From: Bispira polyomma
Taxonomy: Eukaryota
Direction of reading: 5' to 3'
Assembly (NCBI GenBank): GCA_965649765.1
Contig: OZ287752.1
Coordinates: 12,958,001-13,022,000, forward strand
DNA: 64,000 nt
The notes under the pieces were generated by a model. The model was not told the DNA's origin. It saw only the letters and a list, made by a program, of their open reading frames with translations, and ran no database searches. Shown here in pieces: positions 26,145 through 39,500 of the stretch (its first letter is position 1; every line of letters starts with the position of its first letter). The translations under genes were made by a program, and so were the position numbers.

Positions 26145-28011
26145 ATGATTGTTAATAAAAGCAAGCAGGTAAAGGTGAGTAGGGACGACTTACCGTATTC
26201 ACATACGCATCCGTCTGTCTTCCTCGAAAACTGTCATAGCACAAATATCCAGGTAGACAGAAATACTACCAGTTCTGGTAACACTGACATTAATAATCCA
26301 GACAAAACTACAGGTTTTATGGCACTTTCTTCTACAAAATTTGAATTTATAGGTCCTGACAGGAAACCTGTCAACATTGATTCAGTAGAAAAAATGATTG
26401 AAACCGGCAAGCTGGTTAGTGACACTGAGTTTCCTAACTACAAAAAAGCCAGGTATCCAATCATTTCAGGTTTGAACCCAAGTGCTTTGGAAAACATTTT
26501 TTCTGATTATCCTGACCAGCTGGTAATCCAGTATGTTAAATTTAGGCTTACTAATCCTGATAGCTTAAACAACATAAAAATAAAAAAAACTCTTCTCTGC
26601 TTTACAATACACTAAGGCTGTAGGGCAATATCTAGACAAAGAGAAAGACAATGAAGCTATGTTGGGCCCAGTCAAAGCCATTCACTCTACACAATTACAT
26701 TGTTCTCCATTATTAACCCGTCTGAAAGACGTTGACAAAAGGTGAGTAATTTTGCATCTCTCTTATCCCCAGGGCGATTCTCTGAATGACAATGTTAACA
26801 AAGTACAGTTTGACGGGGTAGAATTTAAATTAAAATTTCCAACCATAGATGATATTACACAGGCAATTCGTTGCACTCAGGAACCGACTTTGTTTAAAAT
26901 CGACATTTCGCGCGCATTTCGTAACCTTAGAGTCGATCCGGCTGAGGTCATAAAGTTGGGCATATCTTGGAACGACGAGTTGTATCTGGATCCGGCGTCC
27001 TGGATCCATTCGGGTGGGTTCATGGGAGCGGGGCGTTTCAGCGATGCTCAGACGCAGTAGCATTTTACATGAATAAGTCAGGTTTTAATTTACTTTGCTA
27101 CATCGATGACTACATATGTATTACACCTAAACATAAGACTAAGGAAGGCTTTGAAATTTTGACAGATTTACTATGTAAATTAGGTCTTCCCATGAACAGC
27201 GAGAAACTCACTCCACCCACACAGACTATGACATGTCTGGGCAAAAATATTGATATACAGAAGGGCACAATTTCTATCACCAAGGAAAAAATTACCCAAA
27301 TTGGAATCTATGTTTGGAAATTTATAATAAAAAATTCATTTCAAAAAACAAGGTAGTCTGCTGTACATACACAAATGTGTGAAGCCAGTGCGTACTTTCA
27401 TAAATAGACTACTAATAGCATTTAGAGGCAATACTGACAAGCGCATTGAGGTCAATGCGGACATGAAAAGTGATTTATAATGGTTTCTGAAATTTTTTCC
27501 TTCCTACAACGGAGTCACATATATTAACCCCACCATAGTTTCAGACGATAACAAACTACATCTGGACGTTTGCCTCATAGGTTTTGGAGGTGTTTGGGGT
27601 GACCAGGTATATGCAACTCCAATACATAATGTTTACAACCGAGACTTAAATATTGCACATCTCGAGATGTTAAATATTATAATAGCTATTAGAATCTGGG
27701 CGAATGACTGGGCCCACAGCAAATTAAACATTCATTGTGATAACATGGCTGTAGTATTGGTTGTCAGATCCCAAAAGACTAAAGATGACTTCTTAGCATT
27801 CTGTTTAAGGAACTTATGGCTAATAGCAGCAGTACATGGTATAACACTTACTATAGAACATATTCCTGGGAAATAAAATATTACAGCAGACGCTTTATCT
27901 AGAGTATACTCAGCTAACCCACCTTGTGTGGAAATGATGGAGGCATTAAACAAGAATTTTCAATGGAAACTAGTTCCATTGGAATACTTTAACCTTAATT
28001 TATCTGTGTAA
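26145..28011 (+). pseudogene. pol: Element 2 RT/RNase H (pol), disrupted
   Basis: FKIDISRAFRNL, FGWVHGS, CYIDDY, LHLDVCLIGFGG, HLEMLN, HCDNMAVV, HIPGK*NITADALSR, with several stops and frameshifts. Ends at TAA 28009-28011. Confidence 0.88.
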
Positions 28012-28017
28012 TTGCAG

Positions 28018-28994
28018 GCTCTACCAACCTCAGCAGCCAATTTGTAGCCTCAGCCTGGAACAGAATTGACACTGCCATCAGACCAAAGACAGCTAGTGCT
28101 TATAAGTCACAATTTAGTACCTTTCTGGCATTTAATTATTTTGTTGGCATTTATCAAGTAACTGTACATTCAGTACTGGTATTTCTAGAGTATCTGGTTC
28201 AAGCGGGGTTATCACCCAGGGCTATAAATAACTATGTAGCTGCCATTAAATACATGATACAAAAATAGCAACTAGACCCTACACCATTATCACACAAATA
28301 CATTCAATTATTCTTGAGAAACTTGAAACATAATTCAGTTTTCAAGCCAAAACACAAAGGCATTTTCGACATACAACAACTGGCTAGTGTTTCCAAGGCT
28401 TGCAATATCCTGGAAGATCCATTATTGTTCAGGGCTATATTCCTCATGGCATTTTTTGCATTTTTGAGACTGTTAAACATAGCAGCACATTCAAAATCGG
28501 CCTTTGACCCTACCAGACATTTCCTCAGGCAAGACCTATTATTTAGACCACCTGGGGCACATATAACACTTAAGTGGGCGAAAAACCTACAGAACAGATC
28601 TGACACAGACATAATACAAATTCCTGAACTTCACAATACTATATTGTGCCGTGTATTAGCTTTAAGGAAATTGCTTGCTTCCAGGAATCTTTCACACAAA
28701 GCACCATTATTTGCAATGGCTACCCCACCTTTCTACCCTGTGGTGGATTCTCACGTGAGGGCAGCTCTCCAAAATTTTTTAGAACACATTGGCATTGAAT
28801 ACAAATCACATGGCTTCCATACTTTTAGAAGATCTGGAGCCACATACGCATTCAACAATAATGTTTCATTACAGAACATAATGTCACATGGCTTATGGAG
28901 GTCTTCAGCTGTGTGAACCTACTTGCAACAGACATCAGAAGCAGCTTCTGTTGTCCCTCTCACTTTCGCTTCCACCATTCCTCCTTCCTCTTAG
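28018..28994 (+). pseudogene. Element 2 tyrosine recombinase (two in-frame stops)
   Basis: AIRPKTASAY, FFAFLRLLNI, HGFHTFRRSGAT, HGLWRSSAV*TY. No ATG at the N-terminus; preceded by an AG acceptor. Confidence 0.88.
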
Positions 28995-29190
28995 TTGGGC
29001 TTGGGTGTCAAAAAATTTCAAAATAATTTTAAAATTTTTATTACTTTACATCTTATCTGTACATGTACATATATACTAACGTGTAAAAAATAAAATCCTC
29101 AAACAGAGTTTCATTGACTTATAAACTTATTCCAACAAACTTCTTTGGGAATCATCTTAACTTATTGCTTTCACATCTTAGAACTTGGAC

Positions 29191-29401
29191 TGTGCACAAC
29201 ACGACTACTCTAGGGGTCTGTTAGTTCAGTCCAACATAGGATTTATCCAACCTTAAAAATTTTAGGTTACACATAACCTTTATTTTCCTGTTTATGTGAT
29301 AACCTCCAATCAAATTCAAGTTTAGTCACCCATAACCGCTCCCCTCCATTTTGTTAGCATTATTAACTCGAGATTTGAACGAGCAACACAGACATTTTGA
29401 A
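29191..29401 (+). repeat. Right terminal direct repeat of element 2
   Basis: Matches 23756-23966. Confidence 0.95.
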
Positions 29402-30126
29402 CTCTAAATACTTCCGGTATAAAACTCTTTACATTAAAGTCTATGCGTACTTCTAATACCACAAATACTTCCTTGAGTTCATTATATACAGGAAGATTAT
29501 TGCGAGACGCGTGTAATGTGATCATTCTGTTCCAAATACGGTATATGTACAGTGTCTGTATATAAACAGGCTGGTATAAGTCCGATTTTATTATGCTACA
29601 GACTTCAAAGAAATATACGTTTCAATACTATAAAAAGCTGTTCATTAAAATTGTTAATATTGTGATTTTATACAGTTTCAATAGAAAATGTTATGGCAGT
29701 GTATACATGGGGAGACTTTGTGAGAGACAAGAAAATTAAACAGATATTTCAAAATCAAAAGTTTGTAAAGTCAGTCATACTAAACAAGAGCCAAAACATT
29801 TGGGGTTTTTTATTATCCATCAGTTTGTTTATACAAAAGTGAACAATTATGTCTGAGAAAATATATTAAGCGAAAAAAAAAATTGACATGTAATATATCC
29901 AAACTTTGAGTTAAGCAATATAATTACATTTATAAATGGCTAATTAAGCTTATTTAGGATAGGATAGACAAAATATATTTACATAATTTATAAATAATTA
30001 CCTAAATAAGATGATTATGTGAAAAAGAACACAAAACAAACCCAGATCAAGTGATTTCTTGCTTTGTGAATACCGATTTTATTTTAGGGAACACTTGAGA
30101 GTTTGTTCTCAAATTTTATCTGATCT

Positions 30127-31758
30127 TGATCCTTATTGATGAATACTGTTCCCCTGATCCTTGTTGATGAATACTGTCCTTCTGATCCTTGTTCATGAAT
30201 ACTGCCCCCCTGATCCCTGTTTATGAATACTGCCCCCTGATCATTGTTCATGGATACTGTCCCCCTGATCCTTATTCATGAATACTGTCCCTATGATCTG
30301 TAATCATGAATATTGTCCCCTGATCCGTGTTCATGAAAATTGTCTCCTAATCCTTGTACATAAATAATGTCCCCCTGATCCTTGTTCATGAATGCTGTCC
30401 CCCTGATCCTTGTTCGTGAATACTTTCCCCCTGATCCCTGTTTATGAATACTGCCCCCTGATCCTTGTTTGTAAAAATTGTCCCCTGATCCTTGCAGATG
30501 AATATTGTTCCCTGATCATTGTTTATGAATACTGTCCCCCTGATCCTTCTTCGTGAATACTGTCCCCCTGATCCTTGTTTATGAATATTTCCCCCTGATC
30601 CCTGTTTGTGGATACTGTCCCCTGTTCCTTGTTTGTGAATACTGTCCCCTTGATCCTTGTTTGTAAATACTGCCTCTATGATCTGTGTGCATGAATACTG
30701 TCCCCATGATCATTGTTCGTGAATACTGTCAACCTGATCCTTGTTTGTAAATATTGACCCCTTGATCCTAGGTCATGAATACTGCCCCCTGATCCTTGTT
30801 TATGAATACTGTCCCCCTGATTTTTGTTTGTGAATACTGTTCCCCTGAGCCTTGATTGTAAATACACTAAGCTTGTTCGTGAATACTGTCCCACTGATTC
30901 TTGTTTATGGATACTGACCCACTGATCCTTGTTTGTGAATACTGTTCCCCTGATTGTTGTTTGTAAATATTGTCCCTCTGATCCTTGCTTGTGAATACAG
31001 TCCCCATGAAGCTTGTTCGTGAATACTGTCCCACTGATCCTTGTAGATGAATAATGTTCCTCTGATTCCTGTTCATGAATATTCTTCTACTGATCCTTGT
31101 TCGTGAATTCTCTCCTTGTTTGATCATGAATATTGCCCCCATGATGCTTGTTTGATCGTGAATACTGTCCTATTGATCCTTGTTTGTGAATACTGTTTCT
31201 CCGATCCTTGTTCATGAATACTGTCCCACTGAGCCTTTTTTGTGAATACTGTCCCCATGAACCTTGTTCGGGAATACTGTCCCACTGATCCTTGTAAATG
31301 AATACTGTTCCATTGATCCTTGTTTATGAATATTGCCCCCCCCCCTGATCCTTGTAGATGAATACTGTCCCCCTGATCCTTGTTCATGGAGATTGTCCCC
31401 CTGATCCTTGTTTGTAAATACTGTCCCTATGATCTGTAATCATGAATACTGTCCCCCTGATCCCTGTTTATGAATTCTGCCCCCTGATCCTTGTTCATGG
31501 ATACTGTCACAATGATCCTTGTTTGTGAAAATTGTCCCCTGATCCTTGTAGATAAATATTGTCCCCTGATCCTTGTTCATAAATACTGTCCCCCTGATCC
31601 TTGTTTGTGAATACTATTCCCCTGATTCTTGTTTATGAATACTGTCCAACTAATCCTTGTTCATGAATACTGTCCTCCTAATCCTTGTTCGATCGTGAAT
31701 TCTGTCCCCATGATACTTGTTTGATTGTGAATACTGTCCCATTGATCCTGGTTCTGAA
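30127..31758. repeat. Minisatellite, same ~28-bp unit, longer paralog
   Basis: Same unit and same flanks as 14423-15431. Confidence 0.95.
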
Positions 31759-33519
31759 TGCTTTCTTACTTCACTTCGACGGAACGATTCTGTTATTACC
31801 CTACCTGTGTATTATTGATACATATACTTCTGTGTAAGAATTCATGTATTATAAGCCTATTCAGCATTTCGAGTGTGCATGTTCGCATCGGGATAAATAA
31901 CAGCACATGCAAGCGATAACGACAGAGGATTTGGAAATCTCGCAAAATGTCGGTAATTTTTTTCCACTTCATATTTTAGAAACAATTAAAACAATTAATA
32001 TAAAGCAATAATATAGGCAACCTTGGAATCTAAAAGAAGGGTTTGATGAGTGCTTCTCGATTATAAGTTCAGTTTTGCAATAATTATACGATGTAAAATT
32101 GAATTTAAGAAAATATAAATACATGATTTGTTTTAGTTAGCTTTCAATGGTTTGTTTATCCCGACCTGAAGCACACATACAGCTATTTATACATGCGCTC
32201 TCGAAATGCTGAATTGGCTTGTAGATATTTGACGAAATACAGGCCAACAGGTCGACTGGTTGAAATGTAAAAAAATAAAAATTACTTATAGATATTTGAT
32301 ACAATAAAGTTCCTCTATATTATCATCATATATAGGTTGTCATTGAAAAACAAATTTGTTAAAAATTAAACAATGAATAATTAAACATTAAAAAAAAACA
32401 TTTGAAAAATGTTAATGACCTGTCTTCAAAAATTAGGTCGGGTTTAGGTTGTATTTATGTCTGATTCAGGTAATGTTTTTCCAGCCAATCTATGTCACAT
32501 AAAATTTATACTGCGGTACCGCTATTTCCTTTGCCCCCTCTTCTTCTACTGTGACGTGGCACATCACAGCAACGCCATAAAGATGTGAATTTTGCAGCTA
32601 CGTGAGAGCTTACATCAGCAAGTATGCAGTGTTTCTCACAATTCTGTATTCATTAACATAATATATTTATCACGAAACTGACATAAGCGGCTTTATTTTA
32701 TTAGTAGCTTTTTATACTGGTCGGTCATTGCTCCATTAATCAACATGTAAATGCTGAAGACGTCTTTTTTCATTAGAAGCTTTTCAAACTGTCCCGTCAT
32801 TGCTCCATTAAACAATATTTAAATGCATAGTCAACAGAGACTGGCAACATTGGTAAATACTGGATTTTCAGATAAAATAAACATAAGCAATTTTAAAAAC
32901 ATAGCTTGTACTCCAGATAGATTAAATCTTAGTATATATTACAGGACATGGTTTTAAATTTTTACTATCATGTTAGTATTTTTCATTCTTGTTTGAACTA
33001 TGAATATGTACAATTATGTACAGGGCCAACTATAAAGGAAACAGTGTTGAAAGGTTCTTTAACAAGGGAATGTATGTATACAGAAGTGATTTCTGTTCTC
33101 TATTGATTAAAGGGGTCACTTTTGGAAGGAAAGATCCTGTGATTAATCCTGGCTGTAGTCTGAAGAAGGTACTTCACACAAATAGGCAATTTTTTTACGA
33201 TATGACGTCAAAGACTGATACAATGACGGTAAAGGTGCTTGATGTTCCAGGATAAAAAGGTTTAGTTTAAAGGTTAAAAGTATTTTATAATATAAAGATT
33301 ATACAACAATGTAAGCAGATTATGAATTACTGAAATTAAGATTATACAACAATTAGTAAATTACATGTATTGCTTATTGTAATCTATGTGAACAGTAGAC
33401 TCAAGTCCAGTTACTAGTTGAGTGCATGCAATGTGTTATCACAGTTGTTATCATTGTTATGTGTGTGTTGGTTAAGTTTATTCTCTTCTGTACATCTGTA
33501 GGTTTTCAGCAGCAGTTCG

Positions 33520-33546
33520 TCAGTTGATGGTTTCATATGTCACTTG
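33520..33546 (-). CDS. Copy C exon 11: QVTYETIN* (ITIM-like)
   Basis: ttgcag acceptor, phase 0; present in all five copies. Confidence 0.75.
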   Translation of the reverse strand, partial: QVTYETIN

Positions 33547-36500
33547 CTGCAATGACAATGTATTACATATTGAAAGTAATAAGAACAATAAGTTGAGTAA
33601 AAAACGATTTTAACAAATTTTAGCACAGTAGGTTATGCTATTTGGATGTAATTATTTGAGGAGTATCAATGATGTGATGGCCATACCTTCAAATCTGTAT
33701 ACTCAGCTGGTGGTGTAGGTTCCTCTGGTTTTCTCATCTCATAGTTGCTGATTCCATGTGTAGATGTTACATTTTCATATGTTGTTGGACTTTGATTCTT
33801 AAAAATATGTCAAAATTAAATAACATGCCACAAGATGAAATGTAGGTCATATAAACTTACTAAAGAAAAGAACAGTTTTCAGTGATGCAAATATGTTAAA
33901 CATCATGTTATGTTTTTAAGACTTACTGAAGTCCCTTTGGTGGTGTCACCAGTTTGGTTCTGTCTCCTTCTGAACAAAACAATCAGTGTAATTAGCGCCA
34001 TTGTAAGAAAACCAACCATGGTAGACAGAACAGCTATTCCTACTATTAGTCCGGTGTCTTTCTTTACACAAACAGCTGCCGAATGGGCTGAAAAAAGAGC
34101 CTTAAAATAAAGGCTTACAATTCTAAACAGTAATCTTGTTAGGTGTCAAATTAATACAAATTATGTACTTTTGTAGTGTAGACATTTTCTTAACCCATGT
34201 GTCAGATATATTGTCTTTCACAGGTAAACTTACTTTTGTCAGTTATTGTAAATTGCTGGGCTACTACTTCATCAGTATCCTGATATATTATAAGGTAGTA
34301 CTCCTCCCCATAATATACTACGTCTACTGAATACATTGTGACATTGGCATCAGTAATCTTGTAAATTGAAATGCAATCTTGTCGTCCATTGTAACACTTT
34401 AATAAAGCAGCTCTTGTGTAGTTTCCATCTATCTGTTCCCAGTAAAGGACCACAATATCTTCATATATTTTTGCCTCCAATATCCCTCTCACTAATGGTA
34501 GACCTTTGATCAAGTAAAATACAAAAATATGATTCTAAGCTGAATCATGTAATGGTCATTGATGCATTTAAATGTATTTTATTTGCTTGTATTTAAAGTG
34601 TTTGTTTATAACACCTCTTGACTCCACAAGTACAGCCAATCAGTGACTGCCATTCTGCTTAAGACTGCTCAAGACAGAGGATTAGTAATTTATTATGCTG
34701 CAAGTCTTTCAAGTGGTACATCTGAGCCACTATTTATGTGCCTGTGCCTCAGAGCCCAAGGCCCCTGATCAAACTTCTGTCATCCATTTACCTAAGCAAG
34801 TGGAATACACACTTTGCCACAGTGGCAAATTTATACATGATACTATTTTATTTAACTTGACAATCCCATTTGCTTTGGACTAATTGGTGTCTATGGCATA
34901 TACATATATATTACCATATAGCATATTAAGAATATAAACAATGAGAATATATCCTTGTTTAAAGGCTCTTTGGACAATAATATGCCTTGCTTTAATAATA
35001 ATAGTGACATAACTAAATAGCTGCAGGTACCTAAAGTTGTAACTAATATCTCTGGCTGATGATCACTTTCACCATATTGGTTTTGAGCTTGAACCCTAAA
35101 AAAGTACTCTGTATCAGGTAATAATTTTGACACTCTGTACATCTGTCTTTTGCTATGTTCACTGGTCTGAATCCCATCATAATACAGTATTTTAGTGTCC
35201 CCTTGATGTCTATAATATACTGTAAATGTTTGTTCTACAGGACTCCTGCCTGCAATCCATGACATAGTCACTGATATGGCAGTTATGGATTCAAATATAA
35301 AGGAATATGGTGGTTCAGGAACACCTGAAACACACAAAGTAAGAAATATTTACCAATTGACATAAAAATATCACCAGTAGGTAATAAAGTAGTGAGGGAT
35401 TAAGACATCTAAAAATCTGTGCTGTTTTGTTGTCATGGATAAATAATATACTAGCAATTTCGGGTAGAGAGGTAAACATCTACGTTATATGCCATACAAA
35501 AAATGCCAAGTAAATAATATTTGCATCAAATATAAACTTCATCTGACAGTATTATATATATTTTTGATATAAATACCACATATTTACTGTTTCTAAAGTA
35601 ATTCAACTGCATATTAATCGCTTGGAAAATGCAGTATGACTAACAATTATGTTGCAATTCCAACCAGGTGGAAATGACAAACAAATGTCCAAGATGACAA
35701 CTATAAATATTAACTATTACAAATAGTCCTTCAACTAGGGGCTTAAACTGTAGACCAGTTGAACAAAGAAAGTTTCTTGGTAGCATCTTGGGTTTTTTTA
35801 ATTCCCTGACTCTGTTTTTCTAGATACAATCACAATACCTTTCCAGGATGCAAACAGAATAGATATTTTATGAATTCTAAATTAATTCAATTTAAAAATT
35901 GGACCATTGTAAATAATACCTCTTTCTAGTAACTCCAGTGAATAACTAACAGGCTGTTGAATACCATTAGTCACAGTAACTGTGTACTCTGTGTAGTCTT
36001 CTATTTGCACAGTATTTATCACAAGTTCAGAAATAAATACTTCATCACTCATTTTTCTCGAATTTACACCATCAGTGATACTTAATCCACCCACTTTGCT
36101 CCAGAAAAAGGCTGCTTCAAGGTCACTAAACTCAGGAAAAGCTCTCACTGTGATAATAAGGGTGACTTGTTGATTTAGTCCAGCATAGAAAACCACAGTA
36201 TCTCTGCTGAGAAAGATTGGTGGATCTGAAGGTACAGTGATATAAATTTAGTACAGCAAATGTAAAACACAGTTGGACATAGTAGACCATTCAATTCCAA
36301 GTAATTTCTACAGTGCATCTATATAGTTACTTACAATGTACAACAACCTGTATTCCTGCTGTATCTCTCCCCACTGTATTCTCTGCTGTGCATCTATAAG
36401 TCCCTGCATCAGTGTACACTGCCTTCATTATACTCAGCTCTGTGTGCTCTCTCTGATCTGGTAGAGCCTGAGATATGGCATCCTCATATTTAGGTTCAAA

Positions 36501-39500
36501 CTCCCATAATTGGCTTGTGATTTTCTGAGGGTTACCAACTTTAATGTTACAGCGAATAACAAGTTCTGACCCTTCTTCTATGGTGATTGATGCAGTTTGA
36601 GCTGCTATATCTGGAGGATCTGATTGAAACAGAGAAAAGAACATTACAATAAACATTTAATGTAATACAAAATATGGTAATAAGATATAAAATGATCAGG
36701 GTATAATTTTTGTAAATATTTTTTCTGCCATTTAACGGCAGAAACATTTTCAAATTACCTATAATAACCGACAATGTTTATAGTACAAGGCAAAGTTTTA
36801 AAATGTAATGTGTGTTGTTTCATCCAAAACAAAAATCTAGATTGTATAACTAATAATTATTCATAATAAACAGTATTGCAGAAATGTTATCTGTTCAAAA
36901 TCGCCCTAAATTCAGCAGTTTTACTTTTTCTTCAGTAATTATTTCAATATACATCCTGGCTAATATACTTTTGATGGGTTTAAAGTTTTCTATCGGATGT
37001 GGTAAAATATTGTGTCAATAACATTACTATTTAGAACCTCAACATAATGTGAATGATAGGTAACATGTAGTTAGTGACTTTTCATTCCTAAAAGTAGAAA
37101 ATGAGAATAGGTTTACATGTCTATTAAATCTAAAATATGTAATTATTCTATCACTATATAATTATAATAGATGAATCTTACACAATACACTAATTCTCAG
37201 CCTTTCAGACTCCACATAAAATGTCCACCCTGAGTGCATATTATAGTCATCAACTCTGCAGTAAAACTGGGCTCCATCATCATCCTTGTCAACAGTAAGT
37301 TGATACTCCAGTGTTTTGCCTATCACCACTGCTACACGTGTAGTCGTTCCAAGTCTGAACAACTTTAATCTACCGGCAGGATTACTGTCTACTTCACAAG
37401 TTAAGGTCAACAGAGTATTCTTATTTACTGTTGAGGATGGAGAGGCTGCAGGTTTACTCACTGATGATGGTACATCTGGAATTTGACTAATACTGAATAA
37501 CTGAATAAGGCACAATATTACCCTGAAAACCATTATGAACCTACTAATTGATATCAACATTTGGTATAGCAAACTTCGACTGCAAAGGTATGATTTAAGC
37601 CTAAAGAAGAATTCAATGTGTATCAGTTGTTCTGATTAGAAAAATGTATTTGGCTAAGCCTATACAAACAATGGTAATATAAACAAAAGTTTATTGTAAA
37701 TGAAGGGGCCACGGTGGCCTAGTGGTTAGCAAGCATTGCGCTTCACAATCACTGGTCTCTCTCACCTCTGGGCAGCATGAGTTCGAATCCCGTTGATGCC
37801 TATGTGGGAAAGGTGGTAGTTCCTTACTGTGGGCCTCTGGTTTCTCTGCAGAACCTTGACTGACTGTATGCAGTGTTTCCTCCAGCATTTCCAACTACCC
37901 GTCCCAATATAACCTACTAAAAGGTACTGGAGTGGACGTTAAATATTCAAATTCAAATTATTGTAAATGAGAAACTCCAACTACTCCACAAAACAAGTAA
38001 ATGTCTAGTATTTCGTCGATAGTGTGCACACTCTCATTAGAGTCACCCTCAAGTGACTTCAGTTCACAAAACACTCTATACTCTAGTTTGTAAGGTAGCC
38101 CGAGGGTGCTAGTGTAGTCTTTGTTATATATTGAATAACTGTTGACCAAATTGATAAAACTGTTGGACATGTAGTATTCTCGTATTCATCTTTATCTGCC
38201 ATTCAAACCACTAGTTATTTTATTTTATTTCTGAACACTATCATTTATCTTCCATTTTTTAAAAATGCAAATCCTAGTCATGGAGTGATATAAGTGTAGT
38301 TATGCCTATTTACTTTTTATCATGAAAGAGGAATAGAGTACCAGTAAAATTGATAGGCCGAGACAGGCTAATGCTAAAACAATTGTATTCTAGAAACCAG
38401 AATATGACCACTATAAGAAAACTACTTGGGACAAGTTCATACTTTTTTATAATGATGAAAAGACACACCTGGTGGGTAGATGTGCCAGCTAGGTATTGCG
38501 AACTGATATATAGAAAAAATGCCTGAGGCCTGAGGCCTTAGTCCCCAATATATTTTTCCGCCCCAGAAATATACCTCCAGTTTCGACAATGTGAGATAAA
38601 ATATTGGAGATTGATTAACTATGTGCTATGTGTCATATTAAAAGAAGTACTATTGTCTGACAGAACTTGGAACTTGTAACAACCAATATAGAAAGTCTTG
38701 AACAAGCACATTATGACATCATGTTTCCAGGGTGTGAATATTCACACATATACACCATTTATACACAATTTCAAATTGTAACACTATTTTTTAGTTAAGC
38801 ATTACCTACTTTCTTGTTATAATTTTGTTAGTCGATATATGCAACAAAACTTGATTTAAACGCCGCATAAAAATAGACATTAAATATAATTTTGAGACAT
38901 TTACACTGCCCTTGCTGTTTTAAATAGAATTTGTTATTACGTTTTGAGTACAATTAATTTTAAAACTGATTCTTCAGTGTAGTGAGTCTACAGTTCATAT
39001 ATGCAACAATTTAGAAACATTTTTTGTAAAGCACTACCTTGTGATTTGGTAGCTCTACATAGTCTACATAAATATCATATTTTCATGGTTTATCATGGTT
39101 ATTAGCTTCATCTCTAACACACCATTAAGTGACATATTAGTTTGTTGATGACACACTAAAAAACACAATGTTGAAAGAATGAGCTCTCTGCTCACACAGG
39201 AAAGTTATTTAAAACTACTTTATGACGAACTTACAGTACACATCCAGGGTTTCAGTGTTTGATGTTTTCACTACTTTTATAGGTCCCTCACCCCAGGTCA
39301 GTTCACACTGTACTCCTTGACCTTGCTGACCACGGTTAAAGCTGAGTGTCTGTGTATAAGTCACTGTATAAGTCAGTCCATTATTATCCTCACTCTCTGT
39401 CTCAACACCTCCACTGTAGTACTCACTCCCTACTTTTACTCTGAAGTCTGTCTCCACTTTACCTGGATAGATGGAGGACACTCTACACTGGATAATTTGG

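Larger units (their letters stand above)
23756..29401 (+). mobile_element. Near full-length DIRS/Ngaro-type tyrosine-recombinase retrotransposon (element 2)
   Basis: gag-RT-RNaseH-YR order and 211-bp direct terminal repeats. The empty paralogous site at ~13660-13700 defines the ends; no TSD. Confidence 0.93.

Noticed and set aside
30127-31758. CRISPR-like appearance of ~28-bp repeats
   Set aside because: Units are contiguous and degenerate with no unique spacers, no cas genes, and the context is eukaryotic.
33520-33700. ITAM (YTDL...YETI)
   Set aside because: Only four residues separate the two YxxL/I motifs, shorter than the ITAM spacing.
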